Shown here: positions 1-10,300 of the stretch, piece by piece
Layout of the letters: each line of letters begins with the position of its first letter
How positions within the stretch are numbered: position 1 is the stretch's first letter
Assembly (NCBI GenBank): GCA_023266195.1
Contig: JAHFRP010000002.1
Coordinates: 154,779-218,778 of the forward strand
Direction: 5' to 3'
DNA length: 64,000 bases
Source of the DNA: Sulfuricella sp.
GTDB lineage: Bacteria; Pseudomonadota; Gammaproteobacteria; Burkholderiales; Sulfuricellaceae
The notes under the pieces: model-generated
Databases searched by the model: none
What the model saw: the letters and a program-made list of their open reading frames with translations, nothing else
Told to the model about the DNA's origin: nothing
Translations under genes and position numbers: made by a program

Positions 1-21
1 ATTGTCTGCTGGGTTGATAAT

Positions 22-843
<822 letters not shown>

Positions 844-861
844 TTTTTTCCTAACTTAAAT

Positions 862-910
862 TGGCCGCGAAAAGGCACAAAATACAAAAAAATCTCTATG
901 TTTTTGCGGC
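862..910. repeat. Imperfect hairpin repeat TGGCCGCrAAAAGGCACAAAA...TTTTTGCGGC (copy 1)
   Basis: 862-882 matches 60736-60756 at 20/21 nt; right arm TGTTTTTGCGGC at 899-910 abuts the dapC stop. Confidence 0.7.
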
Positions 911-2109
911 TATTTTTTCAAGGTTTCAACTAATTTCTGAATTCTTCGCGCCGCTTCCACGCATTGCGCCAGCGGCGCGACCAGGGCGATGCGCACGAAG
1001 TTCGCGCCAGGGTTGATGCCCAGTGCTTCGCGCGCCAAAAAGCTGCCGGGTAAAAGCGTGACATTATAATCCCGGTACAGCGCTTGCGCGAATTCGGTAT
1101 CGGGCACCGGCGTCTGCGCCCACAGGTAGAACGATGCCTGCGGTTCCTCGACTTTCAGCGCCTGTTGCAGCAGCGGGGTGACGGCGGCGAATTTTTCGCG
1201 GTACAGGCGGCGGTTTTCCAGCACGTGCGCCTCGTCGTTCCAGGCCGCCGCACTGGCGGCCTGCACCGCCGGATTCATGGCGCAGCCGTGATAGGTGCGG
1301 TAGAGCTGGAATTTTTCTAGGATCGACTCGCAGCCGGCGACGAAGCCGGAGCGCATGCCGGGCACGTTGGAGCGCTTGGACAGACTGTTGAACACCACCA
1401 GCCGGCCGTAATCCTCGCCGCCCAGTTCGTGCGCGACCTGCAGCGCGCCGAGCGGCGGCAGGTGCTCTTCGGGATACAGCTCCGAGTAGCATTCGTCGGC
1501 CGCGATGGTGAAGCCGTAGCGGTCGGACAGGTCGAACAGCCGCGACCACTCCGCGATGTCCATCACCTTGCCGGTGGGATTGCCCGGCGAACAGGCATAG
1601 ACCAGTTGGGTGCTCCGCCAGATGTCTTCCGGCACGCTGGAAAAATCCATGGTGTAGCCGTTTTCCGCGGTGGTGTTGAGGAAATACGGCGTGGCGCCGG
1701 CCAACAGCGCGGCGCCTTCGTAAATCTGGTAAAACGGGTTGGGGCAGATCACTACCGGATTGGGTTTGGAAGTGTCGATCACCGCCTGGGCAAAGGCGAA
1801 CAGCGCTTCGCGGCTGCCGTTCACCGGCAGGATCTGGGTGTCCGGGTCGAGCGGGGGGATGCCGTAGCGGCGCTCGATCCAGGCGCCGATCGCCTGGCGC
1901 AACGCCAGGCTTCCCTGGGTTGTGGGATAATTGGCCAGGCCGTCCAGATTATCGGTCAGCGCATGCCTGATAAACTCCGGCGTGGGGTGCTTCGGTTCGC
2001 CGATGGAAAGATTGATCGGGCTGTAGTCCGAGTTGGGCGTTATGCCGTGGAACAGGTTGCGCAGCTTCTGGAACGGGTAGGGGTGGAGCAGGTCGAGGTT
2101 CGGGTTCAC
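910..2109 (-). CDS. dapC: Succinyldiaminopimelate transaminase (PLP class I)
   Basis: 399 aa; LSIGEPKH, CSPGNPTG, DECYSE, SLSKRSNVPGMRSG; GTG start; upstream of dapD. Confidence 0.95.
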   Translation of the reverse strand: MNPNLDLLHPYPFQKLRNLFHGITPNSDYSPINLSIGEPKHPTPEFIRHALTDNLDGLANYPTTQGSLALRQAIGAWIERRYGIPPLDPDTQILPVNGSREALFAFAQAVIDTSKPNPVVICPNPFYQIYEGAALLAGATPYFLNTTAENGYTMDFSSVPEDIWRSTQLVYACSPGNPTGKVMDIAEWSRLFDLSDRYGFTIAADECYSELYPEEHLPPLGALQVAHELGGEDYGRLVVFNSLSKRSNVPGMRSGFVAGCESILEKFQLYRTYHGCAMNPAVQAASAAAWNDEAHVLENRRLYREKFAAVTPLLQQALKVEEPQASFYLWAQTPVPDTEFAQALYRDYNVTLLPGSFLAREALGINPGANFVRIALVAPLAQCVEAARRIQKLVETLKK

Positions 2110-2163
2110 GGTTTCTGGACGGCAACTATCTATAAATATCGCGGCATTATAAAGGCTGGCTGA

Positions 2164-3054
2164 GTGGCATCCAAAGAAAAACTTCTTGCCGTGTCCGGGC
2201 TGCTCTCCGGCGCCGTGATCTGGGGGCTGATCTGGTACCCCTACCGCCTGCTGGAACAGATGGGCGTCAATGGCGCGCTGTCCAGCTTCGCCACCTACCT
2301 GATCCCGCTGCTGCTGGGTTTCACGCTCTATGCCAAGCGTCTGCAGGTCAGGCGCATGCCGCCGGTCTTGCTGCTGCTCGGGCTGACCTCGGGCTGGACC
2401 AACCTCGCCTACGTGCTGGCCGTGATCGACGGCGAGGTGATGCGGGTGCTGCTGCTATTTTATCTTTCGCCGCTGTGGACGGTGATGCTGTCGCGCCTGG
2501 TGCTGAACGAACGCCTGCGCTTCCACGGCTACCTGGTCATGGCGCTGTCTTTTTCCGGCGCGGTGGTGATGTTGTGGCGCCCCAGCCTGGGGATGCCGCT
2601 GCCGCAAAGCGCGGCGGAGTGGATGGGCTTGTCCGCCGGACTGACTTTTGCCGCGACCAACGTGCTGTCGCGCCACGCCGAGGATTTCGACATCGGGCTG
2701 AAATCGCTGAGCGTCTGGGCCGGCGTGAGTTTGCTTTCGCTGCTGGCGCTGGCTTCCCATCCGAGCACTTTTGCGGTACTGCCCGCGCTGTCTTTTTCCG
2801 GCTGGATGTGGCTGCTGCTGATCAGTATCCTGATTTTCACGGTGACGCTCACCGTGCAGTACGGTCTGGCGCGGGTGCCCGCCAACCAGGCCATCGTGAT
2901 TTTCCTGTTCGAGCTGGTGGTAGCCTCGCTCACCAGCTACCTGCTCGCCGGGGAGGTGATGACTTTGCAGGAATGGCTGGGCGGCGCGATGATCGTGGCG
3001 GCCAGCTTGTTCTCGGGCAAGCTGGAAGCTTGCCAGGATGACAAGGAAGAATAA
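2164..3054 (+). CDS. DMT/EamA-family transporter
   Basis: 296 aa, about 10 hydrophobic segments in two EamA-like repeats; stop overlaps next start (TAATG). Confidence 0.88.
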   Translation: MASKEKLLAVSGLLSGAVIWGLIWYPYRLLEQMGVNGALSSFATYLIPLLLGFTLYAKRLQVRRMPPVLLLLGLTSGWTNLAYVLAVIDGEVMRVLLLFYLSPLWTVMLSRLVLNERLRFHGYLVMALSFSGAVVMLWRPSLGMPLPQSAAEWMGLSAGLTFAATNVLSRHAEDFDIGLKSLSVWAGVSLLSLLALASHPSTFAVLPALSFSGWMWLLLISILIFTVTLTVQYGLARVPANQAIVIFLFELVVASLTSYLLAGEVMTLQEWLGGAMIVAASLFSGKLEACQDDKEE

Positions 3055-5252
3055 TGGCGATTTTCGAATGGAACCACAGCTACGACGTGGGCATCGCGGA
3101 AGTGGACGAACAGCATCGAGGCTTGGTGAGGATGCTGAACGAATTGGATGCCGCCTACGCGAACGGGGTGGAAGGCACCGTCATCCAGAAGCTGCTGGGC
3201 GGGTTGCTCGAATACACCCATTACCACTTTTCCACCGAGGAACAGCTCATGCAGTCGGTGGATTGCGACCCCGACCACTTTGCCAAGCACAAGGAAGAGC
3301 ACGAGGAATTTGTGCGCACCGTGGTCAAGATGGCGAGCGGTTTCGACGGCAGCGACACCACCATCGTCGAGCCGCTGCTGGATTACCTGATCAAGTGGCT
3401 GGCGCTGCACATCATGGGCTCGGACAAGGAGATGGCGCGCCTGATCGCGGCCAGGACCGGCGCATCGGCCGCTGCCGCCGCCGACGACAGCCGGGAACTC
3501 CATCTGCGCCGCGCCCTGGACATGGAGCTGGCGGAGCGCAACGTGCTCACCGCGCTGCGTGAAAGCGAAAGTCGTTTCCGCATCCTGGCCGACAGCGTGC
3601 CGGTGCTGATCTGGATGACCGAACAGGACGCCGGGCGCATGTTTTTCAACAAGACCTGGCTGGATTTCACCGGGCGCACCCTGGCCGAGGAACGGGGCGA
3701 CGGCTGGCTGGCGAGCCTGCATCCGGACGACCGGGAAGAATGCCTGGCCCTCTACCGTAAATCGTTCGCGGCCCAACAGCGTTACGTAGCGGAATACCGC
3801 CTACATCGCGCCGACGGCAAATACCACTGGCTGCTGGAAACCGGCGTGCCGCGTTACGAATCCCACGGCGGCTTCGCCGGATTCGTCGGTTCGGCGGTGG
3901 ACATCACCGAGCGCAAGATGGCGGAACTGGTGCTGCGCAACGCGCGCGACCAGCTGGAAAAGCGCGTGGCCGAGCGCACCCACCAGGTCGAGAGTCTGCG
4001 CTCGCAGCATGAACTCCTGCTGAATTCCGCCGGGATCGGCATTTACGGCACGGACCTCGACCTGAACACCACCTTCATCAATCCCGCCGCCGCCCGGATG
4101 GTGGGATGGCAGGTGGAAGACCTGCTCGGCAAGTCGGTCCACGACCTGATCCATCACACCCACGCGGATGGCCGCCACTATCCGGCCGCGGAATGTCCCA
4201 TTTCGGCGGCAGTGAGGGATGGCCGGATGAGCCGGGTGGAAAACGAGGTGTTCTGGCACAAGGACGGCACCCCTTTCGAGGTCGAATACACCATTACCCC
4301 GCTGATCGAGAATGACCAACCCGCCGGGGCGGTGGTGATGTTCTCCGACATCTCGGCGCGCAAGCAGGGCGAGCGGCAGTTGCAGCAAAGCCACGAGGAG
4401 CTCAAGGCGCTCAACCGCAAGCTGGCCGACGCCCAGGGCCAGTTGCTGCAATCGGAAAAACTGGCGTCCATCGGCCAGCTGGCGGCGGGGGTGGCGCACG
4501 AGATCAACAATCCCATCGGCTTCGTCAATTCCAATCTCGGCACCATGGGCCATTACCTGGAAAGCCTGTTCAGGCTGGTCGACAGCTATGAGTCCGTCGC
4601 CGCGTCGGCCCGCGAAAAGGGCGTGCCGACGGAAGGCGTGGAGCAGGTTAAAAAAGCCATCGACTACGAATTTCTCAAGGAAGACCTGGTCAGCCTGGTC
4701 AAGGAGTCGCGCGACGGGGTGCAGCGGGTCCGGCGCATCGTGCAGGATCTCAAGGACTTCTCCCACGTGGACGAGGCCGAATGGCAATGGGCGGACATCA
4801 ATCGGGGCATCGAGAGCACGCTTAACGTGGCATGGCCCGAAATCAAATACAAGGCCGAGGTCGAAAAGGATTATGGGGTGCTGCCCGAGATTCATTGCCT
4901 GCCGCAGCAATTGAACCAGGTGTTCATGAATATCCTGGTGAATGCGGCGCAGGCCATCGATGGCCAGGGGAAAATCGCCATTCGCACTACCGCGGCCGAC
5001 GGCGGAGTATGTGCCGCCTTCAGCGACACCGGCAAGGGCATGTCTCCCGATGTCGTCAAGCGTATTTTCGATCCTTTTTTTACCACCAAACCAGTAGGCA
5101 AGGGCACCGGGCTGGGGTTGTCACTGGCCTATGGCATCGTGCAAAAGCACAAGGGACGCATCGAAGTGGGGAGCGAGCCGGGAAAGGGGACGACCTTTCG
5201 CGTATGGTTGCCGCTGGAGCAGGATAAACCGGAAAAGAACGGCGAATCCTGA
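3054..5252 (+). CDS. Bacteriohemerythrin-PAS-PAS sensor histidine kinase (NtrB-like)
   Basis: N-terminal hemerythrin with all di-iron ligands (EQH, HFSTEE, HKEEH, HIMGSD); two PAS/PAC; H-box AHEINNPIGF; N, G1, F and G2 boxes (NAAQA, DTGKG, FDPFFTTK, GTGLGL). Confidence 0.92.
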   Translation: MAIFEWNHSYDVGIAEVDEQHRGLVRMLNELDAAYANGVEGTVIQKLLGGLLEYTHYHFSTEEQLMQSVDCDPDHFAKHKEEHEEFVRTVVKMASGFDGSDTTIVEPLLDYLIKWLALHIMGSDKEMARLIAARTGASAAAAADDSRELHLRRALDMELAERNVLTALRESESRFRILADSVPVLIWMTEQDAGRMFFNKTWLDFTGRTLAEERGDGWLASLHPDDREECLALYRKSFAAQQRYVAEYRLHRADGKYHWLLETGVPRYESHGGFAGFVGSAVDITERKMAELVLRNARDQLEKRVAERTHQVESLRSQHELLLNSAGIGIYGTDLDLNTTFINPAAARMVGWQVEDLLGKSVHDLIHHTHADGRHYPAAECPISAAVRDGRMSRVENEVFWHKDGTPFEVEYTITPLIENDQPAGAVVMFSDISARKQGERQLQQSHEELKALNRKLADAQGQLLQSEKLASIGQLAAGVAHEINNPIGFVNSNLGTMGHYLESLFRLVDSYESVAASAREKGVPTEGVEQVKKAIDYEFLKEDLVSLVKESRDGVQRVRRIVQDLKDFSHVDEAEWQWADINRGIESTLNVAWPEIKYKAEVEKDYGVLPEIHCLPQQLNQVFMNILVNAAQAIDGQGKIAIRTTAADGGVCAAFSDTGKGMSPDVVKRIFDPFFTTKPVGKGTGLGLSLAYGIVQKHKGRIEVGSEPGKGTTFRVWLPLEQDKPEKNGES

Positions 5253-5275
5253 AATAAACACCGCAGAGGGATGGT

Positions 5276-5332
5276 GTAGGTGCGAATTCATTCGCACAGC
5301 GGCGATTAATGTGCGAATGAATTCGCACCTAC
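5276..5332. repeat. GTAG-type REP doublet (REPIN-like), family A
   Basis: Perfect 22-bp inverted repeat GTAGGTGCGAATTCATTCGCAC (5276-5297) / 5311-5332; each arm is an internal hairpin GTGCGAA-N4-TTCGCAC. Confidence 0.9.
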
Positions 5333-5414
5333 GCCATTGGCAAGAGTAATGCGTGAGGAACGAACCGCATCAATCGCGAGCGATGCGGTTCGTTCCTCCA
5401 GCATCCCACCCATA

Positions 5415-5813
5415 CTACCGGTTACGGCCTTGCGTCGAGCGAATATGCTCGCAGGCGTGCAGCACTTCGCCCTTGAACTTCTCGAAATCGGTCTGCATGC
5501 CGTTGATGTAGGTGCTCCATCCCGCGCTCGATTTCGCGTAGTGGACCGCATCCTCGATCTCTGCCTGCGTCGCGCCGTTGAGTTTTGCCATCTCCGTATG
5601 GAAGAACGAGCAATAGCGGCACTTGGTCACGGCCGAAATCGCGACCCCGATCAGCTCGCGGTATTTGTTCGGGATCGGGCCTTCCTCGATCTGAGCGCGC
5701 TGGAACAGCTGCCATTCCAGTTCCAGCGAAGCGTCGGGGATCGATTTGAAGAAGCTGGGCACCAGGCCGAGCTTTTCTTCCATCTGGTTGTACACGTCTT
5801 GCCTCGTCGTCAT
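5415..5813 (-). CDS. Carboxymuconolactone decarboxylase/AhpD-family protein
   Basis: RELIGVAISAVTKCRYCSFFH (CxxC...H) motif; start moved to ATG 5813, which has AGGAGA 7 nt upstream (132 aa). Confidence 0.88.
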   Translation of the reverse strand: MTTRQDVYNQMEEKLGLVPSFFKSIPDASLELEWQLFQRAQIEEGPIPNKYRELIGVAISAVTKCRYCSFFHTEMAKLNGATQAEIEDAVHYAKSSAGWSTYINGMQTDFEKFKGEVLHACEHIRSTQGRNR

Positions 5814-5935
5814 GATTATTTCTCCTGTGCTGAGCGTTGACAATAGGCGGCCCGATCTTCCCGTGCCGGCGAAGAACAGGTTCCTTAGAACACTATAGCC
5901 GGCTTGCGGAAAAGTTTTTCAGGCGGGAGAAGCGG

Positions 5936-6157
5936 TCAGCTACGCGGTTTTTCGGACGGCTTGCAGTTGCTGAAGTGGCCCTCGCGAACCGCCTGAGCCC
6001 GCGCCCGCGAAACGATGCCGGCGGTCTTGCCCTGTGGCGCCGGCAGGGGCAGCAGCTTTTTTAGCGCCAGGCTGTTGCATGCCGGCACGGTGGGCGACCG
6101 GATCAACAGTTCGAAGGCCTGGTCGCAGCCATGGCAACGATAGCCGTGGATTGGCGA
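5936..6157 (-). pseudogene. Degraded FmdB-family zinc-ribbon protein
   Basis: Reads SPIHGYRCHGCDQAFELLIRSPTVPACNSLALKKL; resembles MPIYxYxCxxC...FE...CPxCGS...KL but the start codon is TCG behind a GAAAGGGGA RBS and the second CxxC is broken. Confidence 0.55.
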
Positions 6158-6227
6158 GGGTTCCCCTTTCCGTAGGTTAAGCGACGAAAATCGCCCGCCG
6201 AGCCAGGAACGCAAGAACGGTGCCGGT

Positions 6228-6782
6228 TTAATCCTGGTGGAGCGTTTGAATGGCGCGCCGGTGGTAGCGGAAAACGGTGCGCGAAAGCCACTCCCGTGCT
6301 TCCTCGCTGAGGTGGGTGAAGGTGGCGTAAATCCTGACTCCGCTCTCCTCCTCGCGCACGGCGGCGACGGTCGCCGGCAACACCAGCGGCTGCGGCAGCT
6401 TGGGGCTGATATAAGCAGAGATGAGAATGCCCTCGCCCGGCATGGGCGCGCTCATGCCACAAATCCATTCCATGCCGGTGGCGCCGATGAACAGAGGGCA
6501 GGCGGGGGGTAGGGCGGTGTTCTGGGTCAGCAGCTTGGCGACCAGGTTAAGCGCGAGGTCGATTTTGAATTCGAGGCGCTCCAGCACTTTTACCTGGCCG
6601 GCGCCTTGGCTGCCTTCACTGTCCGGCTGCAATGCCTCGATCGTCGCCAGCGCCCGCAGCAGCGTGACATTACCGTACATCCACATGGCGATGTCGTTGT
6701 CCGATGGCGCCAGTTCGGCTTGCCAGCTCATGGGCAGGGTGGCGGGGCAGTAAACGCCGTCCTCAGCGAAGATTTTATCCAT
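6228..6782 (-). CDS. Atypical PilZ-domain (tPilZ-like) c-di-GMP receptor
   Basis: LLRALATIE...LERLEFKIDLAL coiled segment and C-terminal LSRTVFRYHRRAI resemble the Xanthomonas-type atypical PilZ family; start set at ATG 6782 (184 aa). Confidence 0.72.
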   Translation of the reverse strand: MDKIFAEDGVYCPATLPMSWQAELAPSDNDIAMWMYGNVTLLRALATIEALQPDSEGSQGAGQVKVLERLEFKIDLALNLVAKLLTQNTALPPACPLFIGATGMEWICGMSAPMPGEGILISAYISPKLPQPLVLPATVAAVREEESGVRIYATFTHLSEEAREWLSRTVFRYHRRAIQTLHQD

Positions 6783-6831
6783 CAAGCAGTTTCCGCAGTG
6801 GTTAATGACAGCATAGCAGTTCCCCTGCCGC

Positions 6832-7251
6832 TCACTCGCGCGTATTGGACTGGTGCGCGAAGGCGGTGAGTTCGACCAGCGGCTGCGGTTCCCAGCCGGG
6901 CTTGCGGAATTCCGCCACGACATTGGTGAAGATCCCGCCGCGCACGTAGAATTTGGCCGTCAGGCGCATGAAGCGCGGTTGGGTGGCGGCCGCGAGATCG
7001 TTCAGGATGCGGTTGGTGACCGCCTCGTGGAAGGCGCCTTCGTTGCGGAACGACCAGATGTACATTTTCAGGCTTTTGAGCTCGACGCAGCGGCGGTCGG
7101 CGATGTAGTCGAGATACAGCGTGGCGAAATCGGGCTGGCCGGTTTTGGGGCAAAGGCAGGTGAATTCCGGGATTTCCATGTGGATATGGTAATCGCGCTC
7201 GGGGTTCGGGTTGTCGAAGGTTTCCAGAGCTTTGCTCGGTTGGCTGGACAT
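6832..7251 (-). CDS. queF: NADPH-dependent preQ0 reductase (short type)
   Basis: [33 protein letters not shown] motifs; start at ATG 7251. Confidence 0.96.
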   Translation of the reverse strand: MSSQPSKALETFDNPNPERDYHIHMEIPEFTCLCPKTGQPDFATLYLDYIADRRCVELKSLKMYIWSFRNEGAFHEAVTNRILNDLAAATQPRFMRLTAKFYVRGGIFTNVVAEFRKPGWEPQPLVELTAFAHQSNTRE

Positions 7252-7302
7252 GGCGGCGCCTCTATGCAAAATCGGTTAAAATGGCGCCATTATACGCGTC
7301 GA

Positions 7303-7387
7303 GAGTCAGGAGTGAGGAGTGAAGAGTAAAACCTCGGCGGTGAGGCTTTTGACTTGACTCCTCACTCCCGGCTCCTCGCTCTTCACT
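7303..7387. repeat. Heptamer-periodic inverted repeat (GAGTNAG / ACTCCTC)
   Basis: Left arm gagtcag-gagtgag-gagtgaa-gagt, right arm actcctc-actcccg-gctcctc-gctcttc; same family at 46577-46656. Confidence 0.8.
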
Positions 7388-7394
7388 GAACTCT

Positions 7395-10300
7395 ATGCGC
7401 CTGACCCACATCAAACTCGCCGGCTTCAAGTCCTTCGTCGATCCCACCGCGATCCCCGTTCCGGGGCAGCGCGTCGGCGTGGTCGGCCCCAACGGCTGCG
7501 GCAAGTCCAACGTGATCGACGCCGTGCGCTGGGTGCTGGGCGAATCGCGGGCGCGCGAGCTGCGCGGCGAATCGATGCAGGACGTGATCTTCAGCGGTTC
7601 AGCCACGCGCAAGCCGGTCGGGCGCGCCAGCGTCGAGCTGATTTTCGACAACAGCCTGGGCAAAGCCGCAGGCCAGTGGTCGCAATACGCCGAAATCTCG
7701 GTCAAGCGGGTTTTGACCCGTAGCGGCGAATCCACCTACCACATCAACAACCTCCACGTCCGCCGCCGCGACATTACCGATATCTTTCTCGGCACCGGGC
7801 TGGGCGCGCGCGCCTATGCCATCATCGAACAGGGCATGATCTCGCGCATCATCGAGGCGCGGCCCGAGGAACTGCGCGTGTTCCTGGAGGAAGCCGCCGG
7901 CATTTCCAGATACAAGGAGCGCCGCCGCGAAACCGAGCTGCGCCTGAAGGACGCTCGCGACAACCTGCTGCGGGTCGAGGATGTGCGGCAGGAGCTGGAC
8001 AGGCAGATCGGCAAGCTGGAAGGCCAGGCGGCGGTGGCGGAGCAGTATCTCGCGCTGCAAGTCCGGCTCAAGCTGACGCAGAGTTTGTTGGCACTGGCGA
8101 AAAAACGCGCAGCGGCCGCGCAGTGCGAACGCTGGCAGCGCGAAGTCCAGCGCCTGACCACCGAACTGGAAGCCGAGAACGCGCGCCTGCGCCAGGCCGA
8201 AAGTCAGCTGGAGCGGACGCGGGAAGTCCATTTTGCCGCCAGCGACGCGCTGCACGAAGCGCAGGGCGCACTTTACGCGGCCAACGCCGAAGTCTCGAAG
8301 CTGGAGCAAAACCTCCAGCACCAGCGCGAAAGCCGCCGGCGCCTGGATGCCCAAACTGCCGCGCTGCGCGATCAGCACGCAAGGCTGGAAGCTCAGCGCG
8401 ACCAGGCGCTGGCCGCGTTGCAGCACTGGCGCGGCGAACTGGTTGTGGCCGGGCAGCAGGTTGCAGCGAGCAAAGAACGGGTGCGGCAGGAAACGATTGA
8501 TTTGCCGCTGGCCGAGGAAGGCTTCCACGACGGCCGGCGCCGCCACGGCGACCTGCAAAGAAATCTCGCCCAGGCCGAGCAGACGCGGCAGATCGAGGAA
8601 ACCCACCGCAGCCATGCCCAGCGCAACCTGCAGCAATTGCAGGCAAGAGGGCAGCGCCTGGAGCAGGAAGCGGGCAGTCTGCCGCGTTTCGACATTGCGT
8701 CGCTGACACGGAAAGAGGTCGAACTTGGCGCCGCCGATGGCGCGCTTGCCGCGGTCCAGGGCGAACTGGCGCGGCGGCAGGACAGCCTGCCGGAAATCGA
8801 GCGGGTTGCGCGCGAAGCCAGGGACGGATTGCACGCCGAACAGCGCCAGGCCACCGAACTGGAAGCGCGGCTGAACGCGCTCCTGCACGTGCAAAACCGG
8901 CTCGACCAGAACCACAAGCTGCAAGCCTGGCTGGCGAAGCACCGTCTGGAAAAACTGCCGCGCCTGTGGCAAAGCCTGAAGATCGAAGCAGGCTGGGAGG
9001 ACGCGCTGGAAAGCGCGCTGGGCGAGCGCCTGAACGGCATCGCGCTGGAAAGCCTCGATCAGGCGAGCGCTTGGCTGATGGACGCACCGCCGGCGGTGGT
9101 CACGGTGTTCGAAGCGTCGGCTGGTACGCCAAGCGTGGGTACGGCCAGTGTGGGTACGGCTTCAGCCGTACATGAGGATCCACAGTCTGACCCGTTCCAG
9201 CCGTTGAGCAGCTATCTTTCCTTTGACGGCGAACCCCAGGCATCGCTGGCCGATTGGCTTGACGGTGTCTACGCGGTCGAAGACGCCGCGACCGGCTTGG
9301 CCAGGCGCCGCGATCTCCCCGTCGGCGCCATGCTGGTGTCGCGCGAAGGGCATGTTTTCACCCGGCATGCGGTGCGTTTTCATGCGCCGCAAAGCGAGCT
9401 TCACGGCGTGCTGGCGCGCCAGCGCGAGATCGATGCTTTGCAGGGGGAGCTGGCGCCACGGCTAGAGGCGCTGGCGCGGCGGCAGGCTGCGGCGGTCCGG
9501 GCCGAAGGGGCGCTGGCCCGGCTGCGGCAGGAGATCGCGCAGCTGCGCGGCGAGACCGCCGAGGCGCAGCAGAAACAGCACCGCCTGCAGCTGGAGGTGC
9601 AGCGGCTCGGCCAGTCCAGGCAGCAGGCCGAGCAGCGCCGGGCCGCGATCTCCGCGGAGCAGGCCGAGATCGGCGCACAGCTTGAGGCGGAGGGCGGGCA
9701 GCTGGCCGCGGCGGAAGAAAAACTGACGCTGGCCCGGAATGAAATCGCGGCGCTGCGGGAACGGTTGGACCGGACCCGGCAGGAACGAGCGGAATTGGAA
9801 CAGCGCGTCAACCGGCAGCGCGAGGCGCTGCGGCAGGCCGAGCGCGCGGCGCAGGAGGCGGTTTTCGTCGAGCAAAACTGCCTGAACAAGATCGGCGAGT
9901 CGGAGTCGTCGTCCGCGCAACTGGCGGAGCAGGCGCAAACGACCGGCGCTCAGCTCGAAACGCTGTGCGCCGAGCAGCAGCGGGGCGGCGAGGAGTCCTT
10001 GCAGCAGGCGTTGCAGCAGGCGCTCGCCGAGCGGCAGGACAGGGAGCAAACCCTGGCAGCGGCGCGCGACGTCCTGGCGGGCGCGGCGAACAGTCTGCGC
10101 GATCTGGAGCAGCAGCGCATGGCGAGCGAGCAGAAACAGCAGCCGCTGCGCGACCGGATCGGCGAGGCGAGGCTGAAGGAGCAGGAGGCGCGGCTCGGCC
10201 AGGAGCAGTACGAAGGCCAGCTCAAGGCCGCCGGCGCGGACGAAACGGCGCTGGCGCGGGAGCTGGAAAAAGCGGCGAAGCCACAGGTCCTGCAAGGCGA

